DNA of 64,000 nt from Mobula hypostoma (GCF_963921235.1 NC_086108.1:6262001-6326000), one strand, 5' to 3'. Shown: positions 24,785-38,364, counted from the stretch's first letter. Notes: a model not told the origin generated them from the sequence alone. Translations and numbers: made by a program.

Positions 24785-26430
24785 ATAAGATATAGGAAGA
24801 GAATTAGGTCATTTGGCTCATCAAGTCTGCTCTGCCATTTCATCAAGGCTGATCCATTTCCCTCTCAGCCCCAATCTCCTGCCTTTTCCCCATATCCCTT
24901 CATGCCCCGACCAATCAAGAATCTAAATCAGGCTTAAATATACCCAGTGACTTGGCCTCCAGAGCCACCTGTGGCAACAAATTCCACAGATTCACCACTC
25001 TCTGGCTAAATAAATTCCTTCCCATCTCCACTTTAAAGGGAATTCCCTCTATTCTGAGGTTGTGACCTCTGGTCTCTGGAAACATCCTCTCCACATCCAC
25101 TCTCTCCAGGCCTTTCAACATTCAATAGGTTTCAATAAGATCCCCCCTCATTTTCTGAATTCCAGTGAGTACAGGCCCAGATTTATCCAACGCTCCTTTT
25201 CACTCCCAGACTCATTTTCATGGGCCTCCTCTGTACCCTTTCCAATGTCCACACATCCCTGTTTAGATAAGGGGCCCAAACTGGTCACGGTGCTCTGAGG
25301 TGAGACCTCACCAGCGCTTTATAAAGCCTCAGCTTTACATCCTTATTTTTATATTCTAGCCCTCTCAAAATGACATGGAATTTGTTGTTTTGTGACAGCA
25401 GTGCAGTGAAAAGATGTAAAATCCCTATGAATTTCAAAAAAATGGCAAAAAGAAAGCAATAGTGAGATAGTTCATAGGTTCAATGCCCATTCAGAAATCT
25501 GATGGCAGAGGAAAAGAAGTTGTTCCTGAATCGTAGAGGGAGGTTCTTCCCCATACTCAAAGAAGGCACAACAGCGACTATACTTCGTTAGGAGGTAGAG
25601 GAGATTTGATAAGTCACCAAAAACCCTCACAACTTTCTACAGAAGTACTGTGGAGAGGATTCTAACTGGCTGCATCACCGTCTGGTATGGGGGGGGGCGG
25701 GCACTACACAGGATGGAAGTAAGCTGCAGAGAGTTGTAGACTTAAGTCAGCTCCATCAGGGGTTATAGGCTCCCCGGTATCGAGGACATCTTTAAAAGGC
25801 GATGTCTCAAAAAGGTGGTGTGTGTGTGTGTGTATATATATATTTACTGTAATTCACATTTTTTCTCTATTATTATGTGCTGCAATGTTCTGCTGCTGCA
25901 AAACGACAAATTTCACAACATATGCCGGTGCATTAAACCTGATTCTGATTCCTGTACTTCTTTTCTGATGGTGCTTGGTCGGGGTGTTGAGGATCCTTCA
26001 TGATGGATGCTGCCTGTGGAAAATGTCTTCCATGGTGTCATAGAGTCACAAAAAGAGCACAGCATAGAAACAGACCGCTCAGCCCATGCCAAACCATTTA
26101 AATTGTCTAGTCCTATCAACCTGCACTGGGTCCACAGCCCTCCATATCCCTCCAATTCATACACCTATCCAAACTTCTCTTAAATGTTAAAATCAACCTT
26201 GCATGCACCATTTGCACTGGCAGCTCATTACACACTATCACCACCCTCTGAGTGAAGAAGTTTCCCTTCATGTTCCCCTTTAACTTTTCACCTTTCACCC
26301 TTAACCCATGACCTCTGGTTGAAGTCCCACCCAGCCTCAGTGGAAAAAGCCCATTTGCATTTACCCTATCTATACCCCTCTTAATTTTGTACACCTCTTA
26401 TCAAATCTCCTAATCTTCTACATTCCAAGT
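24785..26430. mobile_element. Cluster of CR1 3' fragments (24785-25370 -, 26040-26430 -) and a Rex1/Babar fragment (25550-25950 +)
   Basis: TRGHNLRI...FSQRVVNLWN motifs; ILTGCITVWYG motif. Confidence 0.75.
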
Positions 26431-26789
26431 AAGGGTGGGAAGGGATTGCTCGTGATGGGACTAGGCAGAGTAACAGTTAAGCATGGACTAGATGGGTTGA
26501 AGGGCCTGTTTCTGTGCTGTCATGCTCTATGACTAATGTAAACGAGCAGGTGATACCAGTTACCAGTTAATAGATGATTTGCCGTTTGTGGTGACAACTC
26601 AATGCCTGTGAAGTACTGAGGCGAGGTAAATTATGCTTTATTGTCAAACACTCAACAGACTGCATTAATTATTCCCACTGTAGGATGTGTTTGGAAAGCT
26701 AGGGTCTTCGCCGTAACTTCAAGGGGACAAACGTGATGTGCTCCAAAATAAATGATTCTGGAATTGAAAGCCTTGTCATATGAGGAGTA

Positions 26790-27600
26790 TTAGATGTCAG
26801 CAAAATCAAGGTACTGATTATGGACCAGGAGAGGGAAACCAGAGGTCCATGAACCGGTCCTCATCGGATGATCAGAGGTTGGGAGAGACAGCACTTTAAA
26901 TTCCTATCTCCTAGGTGTGTCCTGGGCCAGCACTTAAGTGCAATTGCGAAGAAAGCACTTCCTTAGAAGTCAGCATGGCATTTAAAACTTGACAAGCTTC
27001 TATAGATGTGTCATGAACAGTATACTAACTGGCTGCATCGCATCATGGAATCACCACTGCCTTTGAATGGAAAATCCTACGAAAGTTAGTGGATTCAGCC
27101 CCAAGAGGACTTTACGTCACGGGTCAAGTCCTCCCAACCACTGAGTATATCTACATAAAATGCTGTCGCAGGAAAGCAGCATCCATCATCAGAGATCCCC
27201 ACCACCCAGGCCATGCTCTCTTCTCACTGCTGCCATCTGGAAGAAGGTATAAGAGCCTCAGGACATACACCAGGTTCAGGAACAGTTACTATCCCTCAAC
27301 CATCAGGCTCTTGAACAAAAGGGGATAACGACACTCACTTGCCCCATCATTGAAATGTTTCCACAATCAATTATCTCACTTTAATGACTCTATTTCATTA
27401 TCTCACGTTCTTGTTATGTATTCATATTTGAATTTGCACAGTTTGTTGTCTTCTGCACTCTGGTTGATCTTTCATTGATCCTGTTATAGTTACTGTTCTA
27501 TAGACTTGCTAGTTAGCCCACAGGAAAATGAATCTGAGGGTTGTATGTGGTGACATACATGAACATTTATAATGAAATTTACATTGAACTTTTAACATGC
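26790..27600 (+). mobile_element. Rex1/Babar-type LINE 3' fragment
   Basis: [31 protein letters not shown]...FRNSYYPSTIRLLN. Confidence 0.8.
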
Positions 27601-28109
27601 AGTTAAATTCAATTGATTAAAAGAAATCATTTTTTGTGTGTGTTACTCTGGATCTCCAGCAGCTACAGACTCTCGTGTTTATAATCCTGAGAACATGAGT
27701 TGTAAAGAATCCTTGAAAGTAAGTCTGTAGTTTGTAGAATTGGTTCAGAGTTGTGATGAATGAAGTTATCCAGGAGTTGGTTTCACCACCCCTCCCCTCC
27801 CCACCCCCACCCTCGCTGTCATTCTCGCTCTTTTCCGAGCTGATTGAGTTGAAGGCAGTTCTGAATGCAAAAGGCCCAAGGGGTTGCAGTGTTAAGGGCA
27901 GAATCTGACGCCTCTTCTCGTCATCTCACCTTGCTAGACTCCCCACTGAACACCTTTCATAGGATCCACACCCTGCTGGCATTCTGTGTCAGACAGATCA
28001 CTGCTTAAAAGTATACAAGGCCAAGTTATAGTGTCTCAGCACATCCATAATAATTATATTAAAGGGCAGCCTGACAGTATTGCAATTAGTGTAACACTTG
28101 GTAGCACCA

Positions 28110-29400
28110 GTATCAGAATCAGGTTAAATATTACCGGCGTATGTCGTGAAATGTGTTGTTTTGTGGCAGCAGTACAGTGCAATACATAATAATAGAGTAA
28201 ATACTGTGAACTGCAATAAGTATAGAGTTAAATAAGTACTGCATAATAAAAATTTTAAATAAAGTAGTGAGGTTGTTCTCATGGGTTCAATGTCCATTCT
28301 GAAATCGGATGGCAGAGGGGAAGAAGCCGTTCCTGAATGGTTGAGTGTGTGTCTTCAGGCTCCTGTACCTCCTCCCTGATGGTAGCGATGAGAAGAGGGC
28401 ATGTCCTGGATGATGGGGTCCTTAATGATGGACGCTGCCTTTTTGAGGCATTGCTCCTTGAAGATGTCCCGGATACTATGGAGGCTGGTGTCCACAATGG
28501 AGCTGACTGAGTTTACAACCCTCTGCAGCTTATTTCGATCCTGTGCAGTAGCCACCCACCACCCCCGCCCATACCAGGTGGTGATGCAGCCAGTCAGAAT
28601 GCTCTCCACCGTACATCTGTAGAAATCATCAGTCAGGGTTCAATTCCTGCATCTGTCTCTAAAAAGTTTCTGCGTTCTCCCCATGACCTCGAGGGTATCC
28701 TTTTTGTGCCCCAGCTTCTTCGCACATTCCAAAGATCTATGGGTTAAACATAAACTGTGGGCTTGCTATGTTGGTGCCAAAAGAGCACGGCTACATTTGT
28801 GGGCTGCGCCCAGTGCATCCTCGCAGATTTGATTTGACAGGAGTGATGCATTGCAGTCTTTATTTCAATGTGCATTTATTCAGTTGTTGAGATAAAGCGA
28901 GGAATAGCCCCTCCGGCCATCGAGCCACACCGCCCAGTAATCACCTGATTTAATGTTAGCCTAACCACAGGACAATTTACAATGACAAGTTAACTGTCTT
29001 TTGACTGGGGAAGGAAACCGGAGCACCCGGAATAAACCTGTGCCATCACGGGGAGAATGTACAAACTCCTTATAGGCAGCGCAGGGATGGTACCCGGGCC
29101 GCTGGCACTGTAGAACATTGTGCCGAGCACTGAGCTACCACTCTGCCCCAACCCAGTCCTCTGCAACCGTTCAGAATGTAGTGATCCTTGAAAGATCATT
29201 ACTAATGACTCCACAGTCTCTTCAGCTACCAAACCCCAGTGGCTGTATGTCACGGTCGTTTAATGGTTAGCACGACACTTCACAGTGCCAGTGTTCAGAA
29301 GATCCCGGTTCAATTCCTGCCACTGTGTATAAAGAGTTTGTCTGCCCTCCCTGTGACCATGTGGGTTTCCTCCACACCCCAGTAAATCAGGCCCAATATC
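28110..29400. mobile_element. Rex1/Babar fragment (28110-28625 -) followed by tRNA-derived V-SINE-like copies
   Basis: ESILTGCITTWYG...[13 protein letters not shown] pieces with GGTTCAATTCC B-box and a V-domain-like GTGGGTTTCCTCC/CACAGTCCAAAGAC core. Confidence 0.7.
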
Positions 29401-30219
29401 ACTGACGTCTCTCATCAAATTTGTCGTATACAATACAATATGTAAAAAACCTATAAATTACTATAAGAAATATACAGTATATTGTTCATTATGTGCCATG
29501 CTCTATGATGTGGGTGATAATGGTCTCGACCATGATTGTTCTTGACAAATTTTTCTACAGAAGTGGCCTGCCATTGCCCTCTTCTGGGCAGTGTCTATTG
29601 GAGATGGGAGGAATACCTTTAGCTAGAGGATGATGAAGCTGTAGAGTCTGTGGAGGCCAGGTCGCTGAGTGCATTAGCACAGAAGTTGGTAGGTTCTTGA
29701 TTAGACAGGGCATGAAAAGTTATGAGGAGAATGGGGTTGAGACAGAAATGGGTCAACTATGACAGAATGGCGGAGCAGATTCAACAAGTCAAATAGCCTA
29801 ATTCTGCTCCTTTGTCTTATGGTCTTAATGACCTCAACCACTATCAATACTCTTCAGATATTGTCCACCTGGCATCAGTGGTCGCATAACCAGGACTTGC
29901 AATATGCACCAGATGCTCATACGACCATCCACCACCTGCTCCCATGGCTTCACGTTACCCCGACTGGGGAGGGGACTAAGCAGATGCTACACCTTGCCCA
30001 AGGGCGACCTGCAAGCTAGTGGAGGGAAGGAGCGTCTTACGTCTCCTTTGGTAGTTGTGGGCATGCTAACTTGTCGGCTACTCCCCGAACATCCTCGGAC
30101 TGTGCTGATTGTTGACAGCAAAATGATGCATTTCACAGTATGTTTCAATGTTTCAGTGTGAGAAATAAAGCTGACCTCTCTCTTTATATCTTTTCCTGTT
30201 TATGTGACAAACTCCAAGA

Positions 30220-30625
30220 TGCCCACAACCTTGTTGTTGGGTTTGGAGGCTTGTGTGCCCCAATAACCTGGAGAACTATGTTGGCTGGAGTCAGGGCTTT
30301 ATACTTTGGCTCTTGGTAGGGTCACCCATGCTAAAGAGGTCAAAGGGTAGAGGTCAGACTGAGAGAGGTCCACTGGTCCTCCTGGTTAGGAGGTTCAGCT
30401 CAGGGCTAACAACCCTGACTGGTAAAACAAAATTGTTACGGAAACAGCAATGAAGAATCCTTCTACATCTGAGTGTGAGGGTATTCCTGAGTCTCCACCT
30501 CAGACTTGTATGACTGACAGGAGTGAAAACCGAGAGGAAGCTACTGACACAATGAAGGAAGCCCTGAGCACCGGCAGAGATGGAGGATCTTCATTGCTGC
30601 CCTAAACACCAGCGATGTAATAGTC
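30220..30625 (+). mobile_element. Non-autonomous RTE-derived element
   Basis: RTE-like 5' UTR motifs (GGTAGGGTCACCCATGC, GGGCTAACAACCC) joined directly to an RTE-like 3' end (AGATGGAGG...GCTGCCCTA). Confidence 0.55.
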
Positions 30626-31119
30626 AGAATAGGATTGGGAATGTGACAAGAGAATGAAACACTGTGATTCCATCCCAATCAGCTGCCCTCAAAGATAAAA
30701 GAACAAGTGAGTTTCCATTACAAAGAAGGCACGACAGCAACTATATTTCATTGGGAGTTTGAGGAGATTTGGTATGCCACCAAAGACCCTTGTAAATTTC
30801 TATAGATGTACCGTGGAAAGCTTTCTAACTGGCTGCATCCCCATCTGGTATGGGTGCGGGGGGGCACTGCACAGGGTCAAAATCAGCTGCAGAAAGTTGT
30901 GAACTCAGTCAGCTCCATCACGGGCACTAGTCTCCCCGGCATCCAGGGCATCTTCAAGAAGCAATACCTCAAAAAGGCAGCATCCATCATTAAGGACCCC
31001 CACCACCCAGGACGTGCCCTCTTCTCATTGCTACCATCAGGGAGGAGGTACAGGAGCCTGAAGGCACACACTCAGTGATTCAGGAACAAATTTTTCCCCT
31101 CCGCCATCTGACTGCTGAA

Positions 31120-33122
31120 TCTCAGCAGTTGATTGGAAAGCTGAAACTACTGGGCCTGAACACCTCCCTCTGCAACTGGATCCTAGACTTCCTGACTGGG
31201 AGACCTCAGTCAGTCCGGATCAGGAGCAGCATCTCCAACACCATCACACTGAGCACGGGGGCCCGCCAGGGCTGTGTGCTCAGTCCACTGCTGTTCACTC
31301 TGCTGACCCACGACTGTGCTGCAACACACAGCTCAAACCACATCATCAAGTTCACCGATGACACGGCCGTGGTGGGTCTCATCAGCAAGAACGAGGAGTC
31401 AGCATACAGAGAGGAGGTGCAGCTGCTAAGAGACTGGTGCAGAGCCAACAACCTGTCTCTGAATGTGAACAAAACAAAAGAGCTGGTTGTTGACTTCAGG
31501 AGGACATGGAGCGACCACTCTCCGCTGAACATCGATGACTCCTTCGTAGAGATCGTAAAGAGCACCAAATTTCTTGGTGTTCACCTGGCAGAGAATTTCA
31601 CCTGGTCCCTCAACACCAGCTCCATAGCAAAGAAAGCCCAGCAGCGTCTCTACTTTCTGCGAAGGCTGAGAAAAGTCCATCTCCCACCACCCCATCCTCA
31701 CCACATTCTACAGAGATTGTACTGAGAGCATCCTGAGCATCTGCATCACTGCCTGGTTTGGAAATTGCACCATCTCGGATCGCAAGACCCTGCAGTGGAT
31801 AGTGAAGTCAACTGAGAAGATCATCGGGGTCTCTCTTCCCACCATTACAGCCATTTACACCACACACTGCACCCGTAAAGCCAACAGCATTGTGAAGGAC
31901 CCCACACACCCCTCATACAAACTCTTCTCCCTCCTGCCATCTGGCAAAAGGTACCGAAGCATTCAGGCTCTCACGACCAGACTGTGCAACAGTTTCTTCC
32001 CCCAAGCCATTAGACTCCTTAATACCCTGAGTCTAGACTGACATCTACATCATTTACTATTATATTGTAATTTGTCCTCTACTGTGCCTATTGTCTTGTT
32101 TAACATAGACATAGAACATCGAATAGTACAGCACAGTACAGGCCCTTCAGCCCACAATGTTGTGCCAACCCCCAAACCCTGACTCCCATATAACCCCCCA
32201 CCTTAAATTCCTCTACATACCTGTCTAGTAGTCTCTTAAACTTCACTAGTGTATCTGCCTCCACCACTGACTCAGGCAGTGCATTCCACGCACCAACCAC
32301 TCTCTGAGTAAAAAACCTTCCTCTAATATCCCCCTTGAACTTCCCACCCCTTACCTTAAAGCCATGTCCTCTTGTATTGAGCAGTGGTGCCCTGGGGAAG
32401 AGGCGCTGGCTATCCATTCTATCTATTCCTCTTATTATCTTGTATAAAGAGTAAAGCCCTAGCTCCCTTAATCTCTGATCATAATCCATACTCTCTAAAC
32501 CAGGCAGCATCCTGGTAAATCTCCTCGGTACCCTTTCCAATTCTTCCACATCCTTCCTATAGTGAGGCGACCAGAACTGGACGCAGTACTCCAAGTGTGG
32601 CCTAGCCAGAGTTTTATAGAGCTGCATCATTACATCGCGACTCTTAAACTCTATCCCTCGACTTATGAAAGCTAACACCCCATAAACTTTCTTAACTACC
32701 CTATCCACCTGTGAGGCAACTTTCAGGGATCTGTGGACATGTACCCCGAGATCCCTCTGCTCCTCCACACTACCAAGTACCCTGCCATTTACTTTGTACT
32801 CTGCCTTGGAGTTTGTCCTTCCAAAGTGTACCACCTCACACTTCTCCAGGTTGAACTCCATCTGCCACTTCTCAGCCCACTTCTGCATCCTATCAATTAT
32901 TATTTATTATTTATTGTACTGCCCTGCACTGTTTTGTGCACTTTATGCAGTCCTGTGTAGGTTTGTAGTCTAGTGTAGCCTTGTGTTGTCTCACTTAGTC
33001 TAGTGTAGTTTTGTGTTGTTTCATGTAGCACCATGGTCCCAGAGGAACGTTGTTTCATTTTTACTGTGTACTGCACCAGCAGCTTATGGTCGAAATGACA
33101 ATAAAAAGCGACTTGACTTGAC
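31120..33122 (+). mobile_element. Rex1/Babar-type LINE 3' part, split by a CR1 insertion
   Basis: [14 protein letters not shown]...[10 protein letters not shown]...KFTDDT...[14 protein letters not shown]; (GACTT)n tail at ~33110. Confidence 0.88.
32103..32895 (-). mobile_element. CR1 LINE 3' fragment, nearly identical to the 3' end of 55640-59607
   Basis: [16 protein letters not shown]...RPHLEYCVQFWSP...FFTQRVVGAWN. Confidence 0.92.
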
Positions 33123-33619
33123 ATTGACCCCATTAACACTACCCCCTGATGAACAGTCTCATCCTCAAACATTGATTGTTTTACTCCTTTCCATAGACTT
33201 TACCTGGCCCGCTGAATTTCCCCAGCATTTTGCGTGTGCCTCTTGGATTCCCAGCATCTGCAGATTTTCTCACTTTAACACTACCTCACTAATTTTTATG
33301 TCTACTTTTGCACTTCTTATTTAACTATTTAATTGCTTGCTGTAATTCTTGTTTTTTTTCTATTACTCTGCATTGCATTATACTGCTTTATTTAACTTTA
33401 TATATTTCATACTGTAATTCACAGTTTTCATTTGTATGTATTGCACAGATTTCTCAACCTATGCTGGTGATATTAAACCTGATTCTGAAAGTGAAAGAAA
33501 CAATCCCACAAACGTTCATTCTGGTGTCTTGTCTAATCTGTGTAAAGAATATATGCAGATCCCTGAATAATAGATCACTTGCTAATTATGTTATAAAGCA
33601 AAAGCTGGTGATTTGCAAC

Positions 33620-33820
33620 CTACCCTTTGTCCAAAGGTGAGCAGGATTATTGGATTCCCTAATTGCTTCTAAATTAGGTATCCTCACTTTAAATACACAT
33701 ACACTTACCCAACAATGGGCTGTCACTGTTAGAAGCGTCTGATTTGACTGAGGAATGTGAATACACAGGACATCCCTGAGATAAGTGATGCAGGTCCCAG
33801 CCCAAGGAGTATAAATCCTG
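33620..33820 (+). promoter_or_regulatory. Proximal promoter of the homeobox gene (TATA, two FoxH1 sites, Smad, TCF-like, Sox, K50 site)
   Basis: TATAAA 33810-33815; AATACACA 33692-33699 and 33760-33767; GTCT between them; CCTTTG-TC-CAAAGG 33624-33637; AACAATG 33711-33717; GGATTA 33644-33649. Non-repetitive sequence directly upstream of the ATG. Confidence 0.55.
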
Positions 33821-33901
33821 GGAGAGCACTGGGAGTGACGGTACTACTGTCCGGGTAACTGCCAGCTGCTGGAGATCGGTAGAGGAACATTGCACCTCCC
33901 A

Positions 33902-34181
33902 ATGTCTGACTTCAGCATCGACACCATCCTCTCCAGGAGGGCGGACAGATATGTTTCCAATCCCTTGTCCTGCCCCTGTCAGCCTTTCCTGCTCTATTCT
34001 GCAGGCGGTTTTGTGCCCAGCCACTGTAGCGTCAGTTACATCGGACTCCACCCGGACCCCGTTTCTGCGCCGGCTGCAGGTGCCGTGACTGGCGAGGGTT
34101 TCCACTTCGGCCACAGAGTGGGTTCACGTTGTCCCCATCGGGCCCACCAGCCCCAGCACCACTTCTGCCCAGGACAAACAG
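33902..34181 (+). CDS. Exon 1 of goosecoid-related (Gsc/dharma-like) PRD-class homeobox gene; eh1 repressor motif
   Basis: ATG 33902 opens MSDFSIDTILSRR (eh1 FSIDxIL). Reading frame is open to CAG|GTAGGT at 34181/34182 (280 nt, phase 1). TATAAA lies at 33810. Confidence 0.85.
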
Positions 34182-34927
34182 GTAGGTCAAATATGATGGC
34201 AGAGTATAGCATTAATGGTAAGACTCTTGGCAGTGTGGAGGATCAGAGGGATCTTGGGGTCCGAGTCCATAGGACACCCAAAGCTGCTGCGCAGGTTGAC
34301 TCTGTGGTTAAGAAGGCCTTCATCAGCCGTGGTATTGAGTTTGGGAGCCGAGAGGTAATGTTATAGCTATATAGAACCCTGGTCAGACCCCACTTGGAGT
34401 ACTGTGCTCAGTTCTGGTCGCCTCACTACAGGAAGGACGTGGAAACCATAGAAAGGGTGCAGAGATTTACAAGGATGTTGCCTGGATTGGGGAGCATGCC
34501 TTATGAGAATAGGTTGAGTGAACTCGGCCTTTTCTCCTTGGAGCGACGGAGGATGAGAGGTGACCTGATAGAGGAGTACAAGATGATGAGAGACATTGAT
34601 CATGTGGATAGTCAGAGGCTTTTTCCCAGGGCTGAAATGGCTAGCACGAGAGGGCATAGTTTCAAGGTGCTTGGAAGTAGGTACAGAGGGGATGTCAGGG
34701 GGATGTTTTCACACAGAGAGTGGTGAGTGTGTGGAATGCACTGCCGGCGGCGGTGGTGGAGGCGGAAACAATAGGGTCTTTTAAGAGACACCTGGATGGA
34801 TACATGGAGCTTAGAAAAATAGAGGGGTATGGGTAAGCCTAGGTAGTTCTAAGGTAAGGACATGTTCAGCACAGCTTTGTGGGCCGAAGGGCCTGTATTG
34901 TGCTGTAGGTTTTCTATGTTTCTATGT
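34182..34927 (+). mobile_element. 5'-truncated CR1 LINE inserted at the exon 1 splice donor
   Basis: GRSNMMAEYSINGKTLGSVEDQRDLGV...EYCAQFWSP; (TTCTATGT)n tail ending ~34927. Confidence 0.9.
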
Positions 34928-35219
34928 AATGATCGCGGCCTTTCACTGTGTACCTGCATGGACATCTTTCCAAAGAGATTCTGGGAGGTTACTAATCTTA
35001 CTTGTAAGACCTTTCTTTCTTTTTCCAATATTTTTATTGATTTTGATTTCTATATATAGAATATAGAGTTCAAGAGAATAGATATTATAAAACAAAAGAC
35101 AAAATATAATAATACCAGATAGAGTATATTGAATCACATTAACAAACTCCTTACTCTATATTCATATGGATTAGATTAGTTTGTATATTAGAATATAAAC
35201 AATTTATATTCTTAACCAT

Positions 35220-35745
35220 AATACCATAAGGTATAGGAGCAGAATTAGGCCATTTGGCCCATCGAGTCTGTTGTGCCGTTTCATCATGGCTAATCCATTT
35301 TTGTCTCAGCTCCAGTCTTCTGCCTTCTCCTTGTACTCCTTCATGCCCTGACTAATCAAGAACTTATCAACCTCTGTGTTAAACATACCCAATGACTTGG
35401 CCTCCACAGCCACCAGTGGCAATGAATTCCACAGATTCACCACTCCCTGGCTAAAGAAATTCCTCCTCATCTTTGTTCTAAATGGACGTCCCTCTATTCT
35501 GAAGCTGTGTCCTCTAGTCTTAGACTCCCTCACCATAGAAAACATCCTCTCCACATCCACTCTATCAAGGCCTTTCTCCATTCGACAAAGGTCACCCCTC
35601 ATTCTTCTGAATACCAGTGAGCAGAGGCCCAGAACCATCAAACACTCCTCGCATGATAAGCCTTTCATTCCCAGAATCATTCTCCTGAATCTCCTTTGAA
35701 CCCTTTCCAACGTCAGCAGATCCTTTCTTAGGTAAGGGGCCTTTT
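35220..35745 (-). mobile_element. CR1 LINE 3' fragment
   Basis: ERVQRRF...TRGHSFRI...FFSQGVVNLWNSLP; CCATAAGA-type tail. Confidence 0.85.
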
Positions 35746-36170
35746 TAGTTGTTGTAGAGGGAGCCCATATGCCTTTGGAATGTGGGAGGAAATTGGAACA
35801 CAGAAGAAACCCACACGGTCACAGGGAGAACGTACAAACAGCGGTGGGAATTGAACCCCCACTGGTGACTGCTGGTGGTGCAACCACTATTCTATCGTGC
35901 CGCCCTACCTGTTGGTCAGGGCTGCTCTGTCAATCCAATCTTTTGATCAGTCAAGACTTTAATCATTCAGCCATTGGTGCCCATGGCTCCAAGTTCTGGA
36001 ATTCCTTCCCTCATCCTCTCCACATCTCTTCTGAGAAACACCCAATACTGGAGCATAGGAAAATGAGGGGAGATTTGACGTATACAAAATTATGAGGGGT
36101 ATAGATAGGATGTTGTAGTTTCAGTGTGTTGTAGCCTAGGGTGGAAATGGGGATAAGCTCCCGCTAACTA

Positions 36171-37436
36171 CAAGTGTCTATGAAAAGTATTCACCCCCTC
36201 CCGCCACCCATGGAAGTTTTCATGTTTTATTGTTTTACAACATTGAATCACAGTGGATTTAATTTGGCTTTTTTTGACAATGATCAGCAGAGATAGAATC
36301 TTTCATGTCAAAGTGAAAACAGATCTCTACAAAGTGATCTAAATGTATTACAAATATAAAACACCAAGTAACTGACTGGATAAGTATTCACCCCCTTCAA
36401 GTCAGTATTTAGTAGATGCACCTTTGGCAGCAGTTACAGCCTCGAGTCTGTGTGGATAGGTCTCTATCAGCTTTTCACATCTGGACACTACAATTTTTCC
36501 CCTTTCTTCTTTACAAAACTGCTCAAGCTCTGTCAGATTGCATGGGGTCGTGAGTGAACAGCCCCTGTCAGGTCCAGCCATGGGTGTGTTTTTGATGATG
36601 TGCAGTGTCTGGCTAATGCTACACGTAGCGTATAGTTTCATGGCCAAAAATCTGAATTTTGGTTTCATCAGACCATAGAACCTTCTTCCAGCTGACTTCA
36701 GAGTCTCCCACATGACTTCTGGCAAACTCCAGCCGAGATTTCATGTGTTTTTTTCAACAGTGTCTTTCTCTTTGTCACTCTCCCATAAAGCTACAACTGG
36801 CGAAGCACCCAGGCAATGGTTGTTTTATACGCAGCCTCTCCCTTCTTGTACAATCACTCAGTTTTTGAGGACGGCCTGCTCTAGGGAGATTTACAGCTGT
36901 GCCATATTCTTGTCTTTTTTGATGATTGACTTAACTGTACTCCAGGGGATATTCAGTGACTTGGAAATTTTCTTGTATCCATCTCCTGACTTGTGCTTTT
37001 CAATAACCTTTTTATGGAGTTGCTTGGAGTGTTTTTTTGTCTTCATGGTGTAGTTTTTGCCAGGATACTGACTCACCAGCAGTTGGACCTTCCACATACA
37101 GGTGTATTTTTACTACAATCAATTGAAACACCTTGACTGCACACAGGTCTCCAAAACATCTTCACTTAACTAATTATGTAATTTCTAAAACGAATTTGCT
37201 GCACCACTGATGAATTGTTGTGTTATATTAAAGAGGGTGAATGCTTATACAATCAATTATTGTGTTTTATATTTGTAATTAATTTAGATCACTCTGTACA
37301 GACCTGTTTTCACTTTGACACGAATGAGTCTTTTCCTGTTGATCAATGTCAAAAAATGTCAAATTAAATCCACTTAGATTCAACGTTATAAAACATGAAA
37401 ACTTTCTCAGGGGGTGAGTACTTTTCACAGGCACTG
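36171..37436 (-). mobile_element. Internally deleted Tc1 transposon flanked by TA
   Basis: TIRs CAAGTGTCTATGAAAAGTATTCACCCC / GGGGTGAGTACTTTTCACAGGCACTG; MKTKKHSKQL...GYKKISKSLNIPWSTVKSII. Confidence 0.88.
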
Positions 37437-38364
37437 TATTAAATGCTCCCCATGGCATGTTCCTCAAATAGCCTCTGACAACTAGCTCCTGGCCATCACG
37501 TGTGGCTTAGGTACTAGACCCAATGGAACCATTTCTACGGACAATAAAAGGGTCAAAGGCAGGTTACTGGCATCTTAAAACCATTCGCTTCAGATGGGGC
37601 TTGTCAGCTGTGGTTAGGAGAAGGAAGACGCTGATCTCAAATCTCTGCTGCCTTGCGGGTATACTCGCTCATGGGGGGGTGGCTTCGAGAGTAAACTCCG
37701 AGGGAAAATCCACTGCCGGAATCCCTAAGGACTATGTTAGCTGACTGGCAATTTCTGCGATGGTGCTGGTGCTGAACTGTATCGGTGTCTGCCGTTCCTT
37801 TGGGTTCACTAGTTGCACGGGGGCGGGGGGAGCCCACTGCATGGGCAACAGCTCGCTCTCCCTATTGTACCACCCTGGCTTGCATATCTAGACAGCTTGG
37901 ATGCAACATCAATGGCCAACGGCAGCCTCAACTTAGATAGGATAAATGCAAGCAGGGTCTTCCCACTGAGTCTGGCTGAGAGGTCATGGGTTAAGGGTGA
38001 AAGGTGAAATGCTTTAGGGGAGGAAGAGGAGAACTTCTTCATTCAGGGCGATGAGAGTGTGCAACAAGCGGCGAGCAGAAGTGGTGGATGGGGGTTTGAT
38101 TTCGACATTTAAGAGAAATTTAGATAGGTAATGGATGGAAGGGGTATGGAGGACTTTGGTCATGGTGCAGGTCAATGGGAGTAGGCAGAATAATAGTTCA
38201 GCATAGACTAGATGGGCCAAAGGGCCTGCTTCTGTGTTGTAGTGTTCTATGGCTCTAGTACTTGTTCACTTGCCCCAGTCGCTACTCAGCTTTGTTCTTT
38301 CATGCTCCTTTTGCCGAATCCCTTGGTCTTGCTGACGTGAGCTGTTTCTGGGCCCCAGCACCAG

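Noticed and set aside
33890..34366. 158-aa ORF as a single-exon gene
   Set aside because: Only the part to 34181 is host exon; the rest is read-through into CR1 ORF2.
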